This document shows, piece after piece, positions 1 to 35,400 of a stretch of DNA of 64,000 nucleotides. Under the pieces are notes generated by a model. It did no database searches and was not told the origin of the DNA. It saw nothing but the letters and a program-made list of their open reading frames with translations. The translations under genes were made by a program, and so were the position numbers. Source of the stretch: Tubulanus polymorphus (lineage: Eukaryota > Animalia > Nemertea); assembly GCF_964204645.1 (NCBI RefSeq), contig NC_134027.1, positions 10,262,485 through 10,326,484 on the forward strand. Direction: 5' to 3'. The number at the start of each line of letters is the position of its first letter. Position 1 is the first letter of the stretch.

Positions 1-236
1 TAAAATCAGGGAGAACTCAAGGGGATTTGTAAATGGGCAGAAAGTGGCAACCCTGTGAGGGTTGGACCCGCTTGTGCCCTTTCGGCATGGCTGCTTTTCT
101 GAGGAATGCCTTTAGACCAAGAGTGGTAAGACCAAGATTTCTTTTATATGGACCCCACCTTCCAATAGATCCGCCCCTAGAATAGGCTTTAATACACTCA
201 ATGTGTCTTTACGGCTATCGTTTCTCTGATTTTAAG

Positions 237-7612
<7,376 letters not shown>

Positions 7613-8299
7613 TTCGAGAACATTTATTTCCAAAATAAGACAATGCTCGTTATTTCGATTTATGTTATTCTGGAGCGATTTCTGGATTCTATCTGGAAAA
7701 TCATTCTTTGTATTTGATTATGTATAAAAAATTGTTACAATTTTTCTGAAAATGCCAAACGGAGCTATCGGTTGAGTTGTTGGTTGGCAGTTGAATAACT
7801 GGTTAACTATACTATGTATAATATTTGACAATTTGAACAACTGGTACACTGAATATATGAACCATAACTGAAGCTGTTGAACATATGCATTTATGTCACT
7901 AGACTGTATACGGTTAATGCATTACAAGACTGGACTTAAACTATTGCATTATAACTACTTAAACTGCATTTATATAATAAAATCTTTTTGACTGACCCAA
8001 GTTTTTCATTATCCATTTAATTTTGATTTGATCTCAAAAGCTTTACTGGAATGTAATGATGCAAGTTTACATTTGGAGTTTGTCATCAACAGTGGAACCC
8101 AGAGGAATTAACCAACACGAATGCTAGGTATGATGCATCTAGTATTGTGTATTCACTGCAGGGCCTAACATATTGGTGATGCTAATAATTCGCAATCTAT
8201 ACATGTACTTTTGTGGATGAAGAATATTACGATTCTAAGTGCAACATCAGTCTTCTGACCACTTCTCGATGCAAGATATCCAGAGTAGAATACACTTAA

Positions 8300-8456
8300 G
8301 GAATCATTCATTTATTACGTACGCATAAAATTTGAATTTTTCAACCCCCCTATGTATGCAAAATCGACCATTTTTTCATATACATTAAGCATTACAGTAC
8401 GCAATTGCACTGACCCCTCCCCCTCCCTTATGCGTACGTAATAAATGAATGACCCC
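8300..8456. mobile_element. PIF/Harbinger (Tourist-like) MITE, copy 1
   Basis: TIRs GGAATCATTCATTTATTACGTACGCATAA / TTATGCGTACGTAATAAATGAATGACCCC, flanked by TAA on both sides; second copy at 19683-19847. Confidence 0.8.
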
Positions 8457-8634
8457 TAATCGGATCACTCTGGACTAGTTGACATATGATTCGGTTTAGG
8501 TGGAGTCTACTCTACTTCCAAATGAAGTAGTTTGATAGAAACAAGACCATACCCAACACAACCAGTTTAAGTCGAGAGATAAATTCTACATACAAGTTTT
8601 TATTAGAAAACAATTTAGAAATATATGATGGACA

Positions 8635-12380
<3,746 letters not shown>

Positions 12381-12554
12381 ATTACGAAATATTGTTCAGT
12401 ATCATATCTGAAAAGTTAAAAGTCACATACTTTCTAATTTAATTTTCACATATTCCGTTTTATATCTTCCAACCACGGTATTTTCCGCAGGGGCTCGTCC
12501 AGGGATACTGGATGATCTTAAGCTACAGTTCACCACCAAACCTCAAATACGAGC

Positions 12555-12793
12555 CACAGGGGTTCGTCACGATAGCTAGGGGTAAAAAATCAAAGATGTG
12601 ACCCAGTACCCTAGGTACCACCTATAAAAAAAGAATCGGTCGATGGGTTACGAAGTAATGAGCAATTGAAATGAGAAGGTCAATTCTAGTATGTCAAAAT
12701 GTTAGCTCCCTTTTCTTTTTTTATAGGTGGTACCTAGGATACTGGGTCAAATCTTTGATTTTTGACCCCCAGCTATCGTGACGAGCCCCTGTG
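12555..12793. mobile_element. MITE with about 80-bp TIRs and 8-bp TSD (P-superfamily-like)
   Basis: CACAGGGGTTCGTCACGATAGCT...AGCTATCGTGACGAGCCCCTGTG; TSD ATACGAGC at 12547-12554 and 12794-12801. Confidence 0.85.
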
Positions 12794-13706
12794 ATACGAG
12801 CCCGCCCTCCTGTGGACCTGTGGTATTTTCCTTGACATGTCCACAATCTCAATATCAGCATATCAGGGATAAGGTTATAACAATAATTCTAATGTATTAG
12901 GCCTAGTGGGGTGTTTTCTTAATACTGGATTTACACTGTCATCAATTTAAGTGAGAAACGCCGCCGGTGGGACATGACAAATACTGTCAGTTTTACTCAG
13001 TAATTAATGGAGTTGTTAGCACAGGTAAGATTTGGTTCGTGCCTTTTTTTAAAGAAATACAATTAGTTGAAAAGTACAATCTGACTCAAATTAAAGATTT
13101 ATCGTAAGGATTATGTAGACAGCTTCGTTTTATGAGTAAAAAGCCTGAAAAACAGTAAATTTGGCGAAAAATTGAAAAAATTTACGAACCTGCAAAAGAT
13201 TTCTGAGCTCCACAGTTAGTCAAGGTCACCATTCACACCAATTCTCAATACAAATTTGTTGCTCCCAAAGGTTGAAAAATTGTGTAAGTGTGAGTCTGCA
13301 TAAACTCTCACATACAGCCAACACACGGTCTTAGGTTACTTAAGAGATTGATCATTCAGGTTTAAGGTCCTTTGATTCGACTTTTTGATACTGATTGATA
13401 AGCCATGTACGTGTGGACCTTTGGATTCAATTCAATATTTTTATTCACAACAACATACATAGATTGACAATAAAGTTAAAAGAAAAACGAGAAAGGAAAC
13501 ATATAAAGACAGTGAATGCAATAGTACATGTCCTCTAATTTAAGCTAAGGGAAATACAGTCTTTGATTTTGGCCTCCGGGCCCAGCTATTGCTATTACGA
13601 GTCCTTGCGGTGTGGGTGGGCCGTAGTTAGTTACCTAATCGTTGGTGGTAAGCTTTTTATAATCGGATGGGCTTATACCAACCATGTGGTTTGTGAAAAT
13701 ATCCGA

Positions 13707-13858
13707 TTGTGAAACTAAACCACAGACAGGTTACTGACTAGGTGGGCCGTGGCTGAGGCTTGCGGTCGAGAGTGCAGTTGTCGGATTATTGTTGTTGATT
13801 CTTCTTATGGCCCCCTGCCTTCTAGTCAGTAACCTAAATGTGGGTCTAGTTTCACAAA
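13707..13858. mobile_element. MITE-like inverted-repeat element
   Basis: TTGTGAAACTAAACCACAGACAGGTTACTGACTAG ... CTAGTCAGTAACCTAAATGTGGGTCTAGTTTCACAA, imperfect arms of about 35 bp. Confidence 0.55.
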
Positions 13859-14302
13859 CAAGCTTAGGCCTATCCAATTTTAAATGCTTACCGTGCTGAA
13901 AATGAAAGCAATTAAGTAGGCCTAACTAACTATGTGTGCACAAATAGATGTTGAAATGATTCAGACTATATTACCAGTATTTGGAGTCTGAATACCAGAT
14001 GATGTACAGGTTCCTAATTGTATGTGCTCAATTCCTATTCGTAGTAGTGTGAATGAAACGACAGTACAATTTATGACTACCGGTACTTACAACCGTACGA
14101 ACCTGGTCTCAACACATCTCTGAATAGTTCATTGATTCTTATGTCTCCCTAAAATATCTTACGTATTGATGCTTATTTGAAAATTGTCTTATCTTTTTCA
14201 GATCATCAGCAGACTATTAAGAAGTCTTCAATACCCTCAATATTCAGAACTGAAGCGGTTTATGACCCTCAATGTTTAATGATTCCAGCAATTGATTAAT
14301 GA

Positions 14303-20189
<5,887 letters not shown>

Positions 20190-21308
20190 GCTTTATCGAT
20201 ATTTAATGTAATCTTTTGTGAAATAAAATAAACTCATGTAATAATTTTACGTATTGAATGCCTTTGCGTTGTACCTGTTCTCTGGATTTTATTGAGATGG
20301 ATGAATTGTGGACGGATGCTTTGAGGATATCAATGAGTTCAATAAAATTCATACAATTTCTCTTGCCAAAATCAACTACAATAAAAAGTGGACATGTATT
20401 TTCAACAATAAAGAATGTGAAACGGCTATAAACTGAAGTTATTGATGTTATTTATTAGTTACCGATTGTATAATTATGTTGATGTTTTCGAAGCTGCAAG
20501 AAAAAATGTCAGAATACTTAAGTATTTAATTAGGTGTTTGGAAATTTTTAAGACAAGGCAAAACGAGTCAAAATTTCCTTAAAAACAACACAACACGAAA
20601 TTTTGTAACATCATTTTATTTACTAGATAAGAGACTATAAAACTATTAATGCGTTTATTATATCGAACATAATTTCTATGATCATCGTTGAATATCTTAA
20701 TAGTATACATTTGTATATACATGTACCACCATTTTTTTGATAAATACACCGTACGAATCAAACTAGATTTATTTCGTTTTCACTTTCTAATCAATCTTAT
20801 GAATGCAATTGACAACGATTAATTCCATTCAAATCGAAGTAAACACCATTTCGCGAACTACATTGTGAAGTCCATCGTCGTTGAGAGATCCTGAGAGATT
20901 TTCTGTTTTACACAAATATGAATGAAATGATTTACGGCTATATTAGGTAAGTGAAATACATAAAAGTTTACGAAGAGACCTAATTAAATTTAGTCCAGCT
21001 TTACTCTGATATGAGTTCTGACCCTGAAATTGTTAGCCTTTGTCTAAGAGTTGGAGGGGATTTTTCTTTTGGCATCGACAGAGGGCCGAAGAAAACATTT
21101 TCGTCAGTGAACATATTTGTCTAATTTCTGTATGCTTAAGTGTTGATCTTTTGGGAACAAGAAAAATCCTCCTACTTTGAAAAAGTCAGATTTCCAGCCT
21201 TTTTCCAAAAACTTCAACTACTTAATAATCAATTTCTGTAAATTGAATCAACATCTACAAGAAATCATGTAAAAACATTGAAATATTTTGGGTTTATTTT
21301 TCTATTCT

Positions 21309-21356
21309 AATACACTATGGACGTATAAATGTAATTTATACGTCCATGAATACACT
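21309..21356. mobile_element. Minimal TIR-only transposon remnant or excision footprint
   Basis: AATACAC-TATGGACGTATAAATGTAATTTATACGTCCATG-AATACAC: a 33-bp hairpin between 7-8 bp direct repeats. Confidence 0.65.
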
Positions 21357-24218
21357 GAGCACACTAAAACGACTGTTGACAAGTATTGTTGATTGTTAAG
21401 CCAGGAACAGGGGTTGGAACAGGGAAGAAATCAAACCCCAATGGGAAGAAAATAGCCCCTCCAACTTTCGGTGAGTGTTCTTAACTTTTTTTATTTTGGG
21501 ACCAAGAAAATTACTACGAAATAGGCCAATAGTTACGACTTATAAAATCCAACTTTGGAATGTTCGAAATTCCATTGAAAAAGAGAAGGTAAAATCTCTG
21601 GACTATCCAATATTCATCCGACTTCGGCCGATTCCACTTAGGCAAGGCTTGAATCACTAATAAAGTCCCAATCATACATTGATTCCGTGATAACTCGTTT
21701 AAACAAAGGCCACGACAACAAAACATTTACTCTGTCACAGCTTTTCTCTGTTTCTAGAATAGTAGACGATTAAGCACAGTATATACATACAACAGTGAAC
21801 AGTTCATATAAAACTAAATTGCAGACTAACACCGATTATTTTTGATATCATTTGACCGCGACAATGCTCGTATTCACTTCAATTGCACTTTGAAAACGGT
21901 GAAAAATCACAGATTCGATTCACGTAGCACAATCAATTTTCACGAATGTTGCGTCGATTTCGTCGTAGCATCGCCATTCTGTGAACTCCGCGGTGAAAAT
22001 AAGATTTACAAGAGATAACATATAGCGCTTGTGCATATCCGTTACCCGCGTGCAGAGAAAGGATTTAATCACAATCCAGATTATAGTTGGACCTGGGGGC
22101 GGCGAATGTCCAGCAGAGAGATAGTTTGTCGGATTGGCATTAATTCCGTATCGAAGCAGATTCAAGACGAACAGCGTTTTCAGCGATCCAATTTTCAAAT
22201 CAAATACACATGTTTAGTACGCATTTCAAAGAGAATATACGTACGCAACTCTTTTCAGCAGTTTTTTGTTCAATCAGACAAATCAGCTCTCGAATCCCGA
22301 TTCAATACACATTCTACCATAATATATTTATATATATACATTTTAACGCGAAAGAATAGTAGACAGATTATTCTAACGTAGCAACTGAATTCAAATTATT
22401 AGTTCCATACGGGTCATCATCTATACTAGCAGTATAATCCCTTCAATCGAAGCCCGAGATTTCATCGGGGCTTAGTGAGGGTCACAAGAAATACCAGTTA
22501 CAAGCCTACAGTACATGGATATCTCTGAACTAATAATATCATCAAAACTATTCCAATGATATATGCATCAATATATGTTTCAATTATGCTACGTATAAGT
22601 AATCTGTAAATTCATGTATCAGTGACGTGCGTAGATTTGACTAGTAAGAATCGTAAGTATGTGACGTTACAGTTTTGGCCATGAAGTGCAACCCTGGTAT
22701 GGAAATTGCCAGTGCATATGCATATTACTGGTACATGCCAAAAACATAATTCGCCTTTATTTTCTTAATTTTCTGAGCTTTCATTCGTAATCGTTACATG
22801 ATTTTGACAGAAGAATCAATCAATCATTAACTAGAGGTCCAGGGATGCCACATCCACTCGGTGAAATGCTTGACAAGCTGACATGCAATATTCAACACCC
22901 CCTGGTGAATTACTATACAAGAATCAATGACCTTGAAATTGGCCAGAATCATAGACCAAATCATGAGCTACAGTTTTGCAACCGAGCATGGTTTACAAAA
23001 TAAACATGTACCATCAGGTACCAAAGTAGAAATTTCACTATTCAACGCCCCCTGGTGAACAAATTAAGGATATCCTGAATGGACAAACTAACTGGCGGTG
23101 ATTGAAAAGTGGACTCAATAGCCTGCTTGGGCTGTGGCTTAAGTGGGTTAAACTATTCTTATATACTAATTCCAATTGTAGGAGTAGCAAATGTTACCCT
23201 GTAAGACCTATTCTTATCTCTTGAACAAATAACTTTCAGACAAAATTCTAGGCATTTCTGACATTAGAATACCGAAGGGTAAAGCAAATGAAAGCAAGTT
23301 ATGCTTTTACTCTTATACACAGAAAAACTGAATTCAATTGAAATATCTGCAGGCTGATTGAGGCATCCATGAATAAACTACAGAACGCATCGTGAACATT
23401 CATATTTCTAATACATTTACAGTCAATATGATGTACATCCATTAGGCACCATTGATTGTCAGAGAAATGTACATTACATACGGTACGAAATACAATAGCT
23501 CCAAGGGTAGTCAGTCACAAAAGATACTTTTGCGGCTGTTCCTAACAAGATCCTAGTGCAAGTAATCAAGGTAAGAAATCGCGAAGAATACATTAAGCAG
23601 CCTTCCAAAAGTAAAAGCATAATACACTTTAAAAAACCACCCGACATGTTCGGGGCTTAAACAATAACTTAATTAGATATTCTTGCTGCGTTCAAGCGAT
23701 GAAGTCCTATGATGTATAACCGAAAACTATTTGTCAATTTCAGATGCTCATCGTTTCCACTCTATTGATGACACGGAATTACAATACTACATGTATCATA
23801 AGTCATATATATTCCACAGTACAATGTACTCTTAAAACTTGTCAGTTATGTACAATTTCAATGGATAATACACGTGCAATATCACCAAGACCAAAGGGTA
23901 CAGTTATAATCTCGATACTGTTTCTCTCATTGAATATTCACCGTAGGTACAGGCGTACTGAGGAAATACAACACAAGATCTGTATAGATATATAACGATA
24001 TATACGTAAATTAAATGTTATAATTGCCATAGTAAATTCTTGAATCTATTATAAGTATGATGACAGCCATTGATAAAATGTTTCGAAGAGCAAAAACTTT
24101 CCTGAAAGCTCGATTGCGATAGCGGAATGCCGAAGAGAAATAGACAAACCATCAGCATACCAGCGACGTGGAAATAATCACAATCTCTTGTTCTCGGCTC
24201 TAGTCTTTTTCGCTTTTA

Positions 24219-24485
24219 AGCTTGGTATTCACAAGCGGTTTCCAGCTAGCTTTCTTTCGGTGGATTATTCTGGCTACGTGAAAATGCCCTGACCGACAAC
24301 AAGCACGAATGCGCATGGTCACCTGGAAAACCGATTTCAATACCAGCGGCACGAATTTTGGTGGCAGCGCTGGAAAACGCTGGGGCAAGCATCTTAATGA
24401 GCAGATGCCAGCCAGCAATCTCCAGCCGAAGAATTTTGCGGCAGCTGGGAAAAGCTAACTGGAAACTGCTTGTAAATACCACGCT
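24219..24485. mobile_element. PIF/Harbinger-like MITE
   Basis: TIRs AGCTTGGTATTCACAAGCGGTTTCCAGCTAGCTTT / AAAGCTAACTGGAAACTGCTTGTAAATACCACGCT; TTA on both sides. Confidence 0.75.
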
Positions 24486-25290
24486 TTAGTCATATCAACA
24501 ATGAAATGAACACCGAGTTTACATGATATCACACACATATTTCCAATTCGAAATTATGACTGAACAACCAGGCACTAGTGACGATGGTTAATATGCACTT
24601 TACCATACATCATTCATAATTACTTTTAGACTTGCAATTCAAAATTCCTTAAGAACGTTTAGCATATTTTCATCGACAGAGCATAAATTGCAGTTGAAAA
24701 AGTTTTTCAAAAGACTTGAATTCACCAATATAAGAAGCGTTACACATACCGTATGTACAGCTAGACAAAACTGCCCAGAGGCAAGACTGAATAAACAAAA
24801 TATGTTTGTTGTTCTTGAATTTTACAGTGGTACAAGCAGTACGTACATCTATATTCAACGACCGGGGTATATCATGTATAAAAACGTAGACTGAACAGAA
24901 ACGTACAAACATCGTTACAAGACTAAAGCATTAATTATGTTTCTTTCGAATCTCTGACTGGCATAAATAACTGAATATCGTGAGTAAACATCGCTATATC
25001 GATTATCTTACGATCGTAAAAACATTATACGTATATCATATTGAGTATGATTACAATAATTGGATGCATTTTATCGAGGGATTTTAAACTTTTTTTTAAC
25101 ATGATTTTTGACCTTATTGAAAATGCGAAGTACCCATTAACAATTAACCAAATATAAACTTTTTTCTTGCGAATCACCAGAACGCGGGCTGCATTTCTAA
25201 GACAGAAGAGTGATAGGAAACTTCGATTCTAGTATTTTGAAATAAAGCTTTTTAGGCTTTCAACGATATTGCGGGATTTCACATTTAATG

Positions 25291-25505
25291 TTAGCTTATC
25301 GCGAAGATAATACGATTTCCGAACACTGGTACCGAAGTCCCGCTCGCATCTATAAATGCTTTCCGTACAAGTTACCAGGAACATTTCATCGAAATATGAA
25401 AGGAAAAGTTACCTAAATACTGAAAGCAATTTGTACATGATTTTCTATTTCGGCAATCGAAATATATCGTTTTCGATTTCACGCATTATCGCGGCGATAA
25501 GCTAA
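25291..25505. mobile_element. MITE-like inverted repeat downstream of the p38 stop
   Basis: TTAGCTTATCGCGAAGATAATACG ... CGCATTATCGCGGCGATAAGCTAA. Confidence 0.6.
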
Positions 25506-25691
25506 ACACAACCATGTAGATAAAAGCTGCACCCATTGCGTATATTAACTTATTCATGTACACAAACACGGATAGTAAATGCGGCACTCCATGTCCTTCT
25601 TTTTTTTTGCGTGTCGACATCAATCATTAAACAACAAACATCAAACATGATGTTTAATCACAGCTTACTTCTCAGTCGTTCACCGCGCGAT

Positions 25692-31540
<5,849 letters not shown>

Positions 31541-31977
31541 GATTATTGCAGGCAAAATATATTTCAGTTGCCCAACAAAATATCCTTCTTCTCTCTTTGG
31601 CTAAATTCTTCAGAATTAGTCGACCGCGGTGCGACCGGTGGCCGTATCGAACGTGCGCATTCCCTAAAATAACGACAATTACACGGAACGAAGCTGTATA
31701 CAAAAGACGAATATGTCGGCAACTCTATTTCAAATGGTGTAAATGTTTTCATATTTTCGTTGATACAAATCGAGTCAGTTTGTTTCTACACAATATGTCA
31801 TTTCGTCCTGAAAACCACCGGAAACCCACTGAGGCCCGCAATGTTGAATATTCTGGCAGGCGAGGATTACTCATCCTGGGGAAATCCCAATACGAAAAGT
31901 GTCACTCAAGTTTCATTTTGTTGAATGGATTTTGGAGGAAAACAGAAAGCTTAGGAAGGAATCACCGCGCTGGCGAG
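31541..31977. promoter_or_regulatory. Putative bidirectional promoter and 5' UTRs between p38 and RNF31
   Basis: CpG-richer segment between the p38 ATG (31540, -) and a + strand donor at 31978 (putative RNF31 non-coding exon 1). kappaB consensus GGGAAATCCC at 31879-31888; AP-1-like TTACTCA at 31867-31873. Confidence 0.5.
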
Positions 31978-32056
31978 GTATTTTCGTTTATCGTCATCAC
32001 TTTCATGTTTGAAGAAAAATAAAAATAAAACAGGATAATTACATTAATTTGGGCTA

Positions 32057-32120
32057 CACCAACAAGAAATGATTGAAACTAATAACTATAGTTTTTAGTT
32101 TCAATCATTTCTTGTTGGTG
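32057..32120. repeat. 64-bp near-perfect palindrome
   Basis: CACCAACAAGAAATGATTGAAACTAA T AACTATAGTT T TTAGTTTCAATCATTTCTTGTTGGTG; one T/T mismatch and no spacer. Confidence 0.9.
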
Positions 32121-32465
32121 CGTTACCTAATACTTCTGACATAGGGCTATGCAGACTTGAAGGCTCCACCTTTTACTATTCAATACTTTCCATTTGTACT
32201 ATCACAAATAATGATTTTTTATGGTTGAAAAAACAAATAAACAGTCAAAATGTGCGGTAGTAGGTAGTCTGAATAGCTTTCGGATCCCCACCATAACAAG
32301 CCATTTTGATGAAGAAAATCGCACGAAATGTTGTGTGATGTGGTGTGGGAGAAAAATTATACAAGCTGAAAATATACTGAAAAATCACTAGGAAATGCAA
32401 AAGGCCCAAGCCAGAACATGGCCTTGGAATTAATCAGTTTTCATGGCTATTTTCTTTATGATAGT

Positions 32466-35400
32466 ATGATGCTCGGTGACTTCAATCCACTTGATATGGC
32501 TTATTACAATGAGCCGGGTAATCAAACTGTCAGCCGCTGTCGCGAAGAAATCAAAGTGAGCCGAAAAAATATCGTTGCAGCTATGAGACGCGGCCAGCCA
32601 CCTGATCCCGATGTCATCGCTTTGCTGAATATTGACGCTTCATTATCGGAAAAGTGTTCGATAATAGATATCAAAACTATTTTGAAGGATAACTGCAAGG
32701 TTAGGTGAAATCCGTAGTAATTCAGTGATTGAATACACAAGACAAAGTGTTTCTTTCAAAAAGATATGGTAGTACATAATTTGAAAGTAACTGTTGAACC
32801 TCCTAAAACATAGCGTAATAGAGACATGTGAAATTAAGAGGAAAATAAGGATGTAGGGATAAGGCTTAGCCGAATTTTTATCAGTCATTTAACTGTAGGA
32901 AGGCTAAAAGAAACTTTGAGATGTTGTTAGCAAAGGAAATAAAATCAGATCCAAAATCCTTTTGGAATTACATGAGGGATAGGACATCGAAACATGACGG
33001 TGCGAAGCTGGAACAGGGTGATGGAAAACCCTTAGTGTCTACGGACCATGAAAAGGCAACGGTCTTGAATGACTCCTTTGCCTCGGTCTTTAGTGTGGAA
33101 AATCTAATAGATATGCCAACACTCGATAGAGACCCAATCACCAATGTGCTCTCTGATGTGATTATCTCCTATGACAAAGTAAAGAATCTCTTCTCCGACT
33201 TGGATGTATCCAAAGCTGCTGGTCCAGACGGACTACACCCGCTCTGCTTGTCAAAGCTAAAAAATGAACTCGCCTACCCTCTATGTCTCATTTTCCAAAA
33301 GTCTATCAGTGAAATGGAACTCCCCACCCAGTGGAAACAGGCGAATGTTTGCCCCATTTTCAAAAATGGTCAACGCCACAAACCGACTAATTACCGTCCC
33401 ATATCGCTTACTTCGAACGTCAGTAAGCTGCTTGAAAAGATTATAAGTTTCAAAAATGAACTTAAAAGTCGATTCTGGGAGAACCACCCCCTTAAATACG
33501 AACCATCATATGGAACCATCAAATGGCTTCGCTGTTCTACTTACTATAAGGCCTAGGTGCGGGGAGAGAAATCAGGAACCAATTCCAGAGTTCCAATTCA
33601 TATTGAATTCAGGGTTTAAGAAAGATTCATTTTCGAATGCCTTATTCAGAAGATTTAGAATTTATGCATCTGTCCTGGATCCAGTTCCACAGTTGTTCGT
33701 TTGAGTTAATTAAGTTAGAATTAGTTAATTAGCAATGCGTTAACTGTGAGTCAAATTTTATCTCAGAAATCTGGAAGTGAGTCCTATTCAAAAAGCATGC
33801 TTTAATTATTCCATGCAACTACATAAATAAATCTCTTGATTTCGCTTTACTTTTGGACGTACTGGGAATGTTTATTCTGCTGTTTCAGAATTCTGACAGT
33901 CTCTTTGAAGTGTTACAAGCATTCGGTTTGCTCATCAGATATGGACTTAATCTTCTCAAACCGGAGAGCCAACGCCCTAAATACTGGAGGGCTGTCAAGT
34001 TTTCCAATGGGGCTTTCAAGGACAAAGTTGATAATGTGATGGTAAATGATAAATATGCTTGCAGTTCTAGTAAACCTTGATGAAGCTGAAATTATTATAT
34101 TTAGTGAAATTTATTCATTCTTTATAATCTGCCAGAAATTGTCATTACTCAAAAACTTAATTCCTCATTAAGACATATCCCTAGTAGCACAAATATGTAG
34201 AGTCCTCTTTAGGTATTTTTGCTAGTAGGCAAATAGCTTTGAAGTAAAATTGAATTGCTATGCTATGGGAAATGATGAAAGTTTGTTAGGCTTATTTTCA
34301 AAGACTCATTTATGGAGGTCTTGCAGCCATGTGCTTTTTCCCCATGACTTGGGAATATTGGTTGGCAAACACAATTTCAACTGATTTACACGACAGACCC
34401 TCAAAGTTTGTGAATCCCCTGCCCACCTCCAGGACCTCTATAGTTACCACATGTGAAACCTTTGATATTTGCTAATTTTGTAGGGCGGGAACTCTTAAAT
34501 AAAATCTTGATGTTCAACATCAACCTTTTAGTTTTTACAATACTGGGGCCAGTTGCTCAAAAGTTGGTTTGAGATAACTCTAACCAACTGGTCCCAGGGC
34601 TGTATGGAATTGGAACACGGTCTTTTCTCTAATATCAACTCACTTTGTCACACAGGGAACACGGGCAATCCTAAGCGAATACGGGTATGAAGTGCCCTTA
34701 AACGATGGAATAGCGTTCCCCACTGGCGTCGAACCCAATCCACTCAGCGTTGCTCTGGTCATCTGTGATTTGTTGATTTGCAAACAGGAAATATTGTTGT
34801 ATTCGCAAGGTGAACACCCACACCCGCGGCATCTCGAAACTCTTATTCATAAAAGGGCGAGGTAAGTGTTTTAAAGTTACTGGTAATGAAATATGCAACA
34901 ATAATCGTGAGTTCTAACAAACTCCAAACAATCCGCACAAAAGCCAAAGACTTTAGGAACTCCTTCTTCCCCAAAACTATCAATGACTGGGATAGGTGTA
35001 TACGGGCTGAAATTATTTTTATCATATCACTGGGATTAAGGCTGGAAAATGAAGAAATTGAAAATGCAAATACCGGTATGAGCCGTGTAACACCTTTTCC
35101 TTATTTCTAGAGAATGGGGTGAGGGACCAAAATTTGTCGCCTTTTGGGCCTGTTTGTTCCGATGATAATTTCCCTCGGATTATTTTTAGAGTATTTCATC
35201 CCGACAAAACTTTATTCGAACCGATCATTCAAAGCAGCGTGCAACTACAAACCCAACGTTCTCACGATGCTGCTTCGCCAAATTCGAACAGATCACAATT
35301 CGACTGGATAGTTCCCATGGCTGAGAGAAAGTCGGACGATCCTTCGCCATTCATCAAATCAGATACTACTTTTAAGAATACCGATATGAAGCATCCAGCA

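Noticed and set aside
22830-23150. Possible Helitron/Helentron-type non-autonomous element (AACTAGAGG start, duplicated CCCCCTGGTGAA, 3' hairpin); similar sequence near 16300-16720
   Set aside because: Boundaries and family could not be supported without a repeat library.
31546-32022. 158-aa ORF between p38 and RNF31
   Set aside because: Non-ATG start, no recognisable domain; it spans the promoter and UTR region and crosses a splice donor.
35111-35189. Alternative RNF31 acceptor at 35110
   Set aside because: It introduces an in-frame TGA; the acceptor at 35189 keeps the frame.
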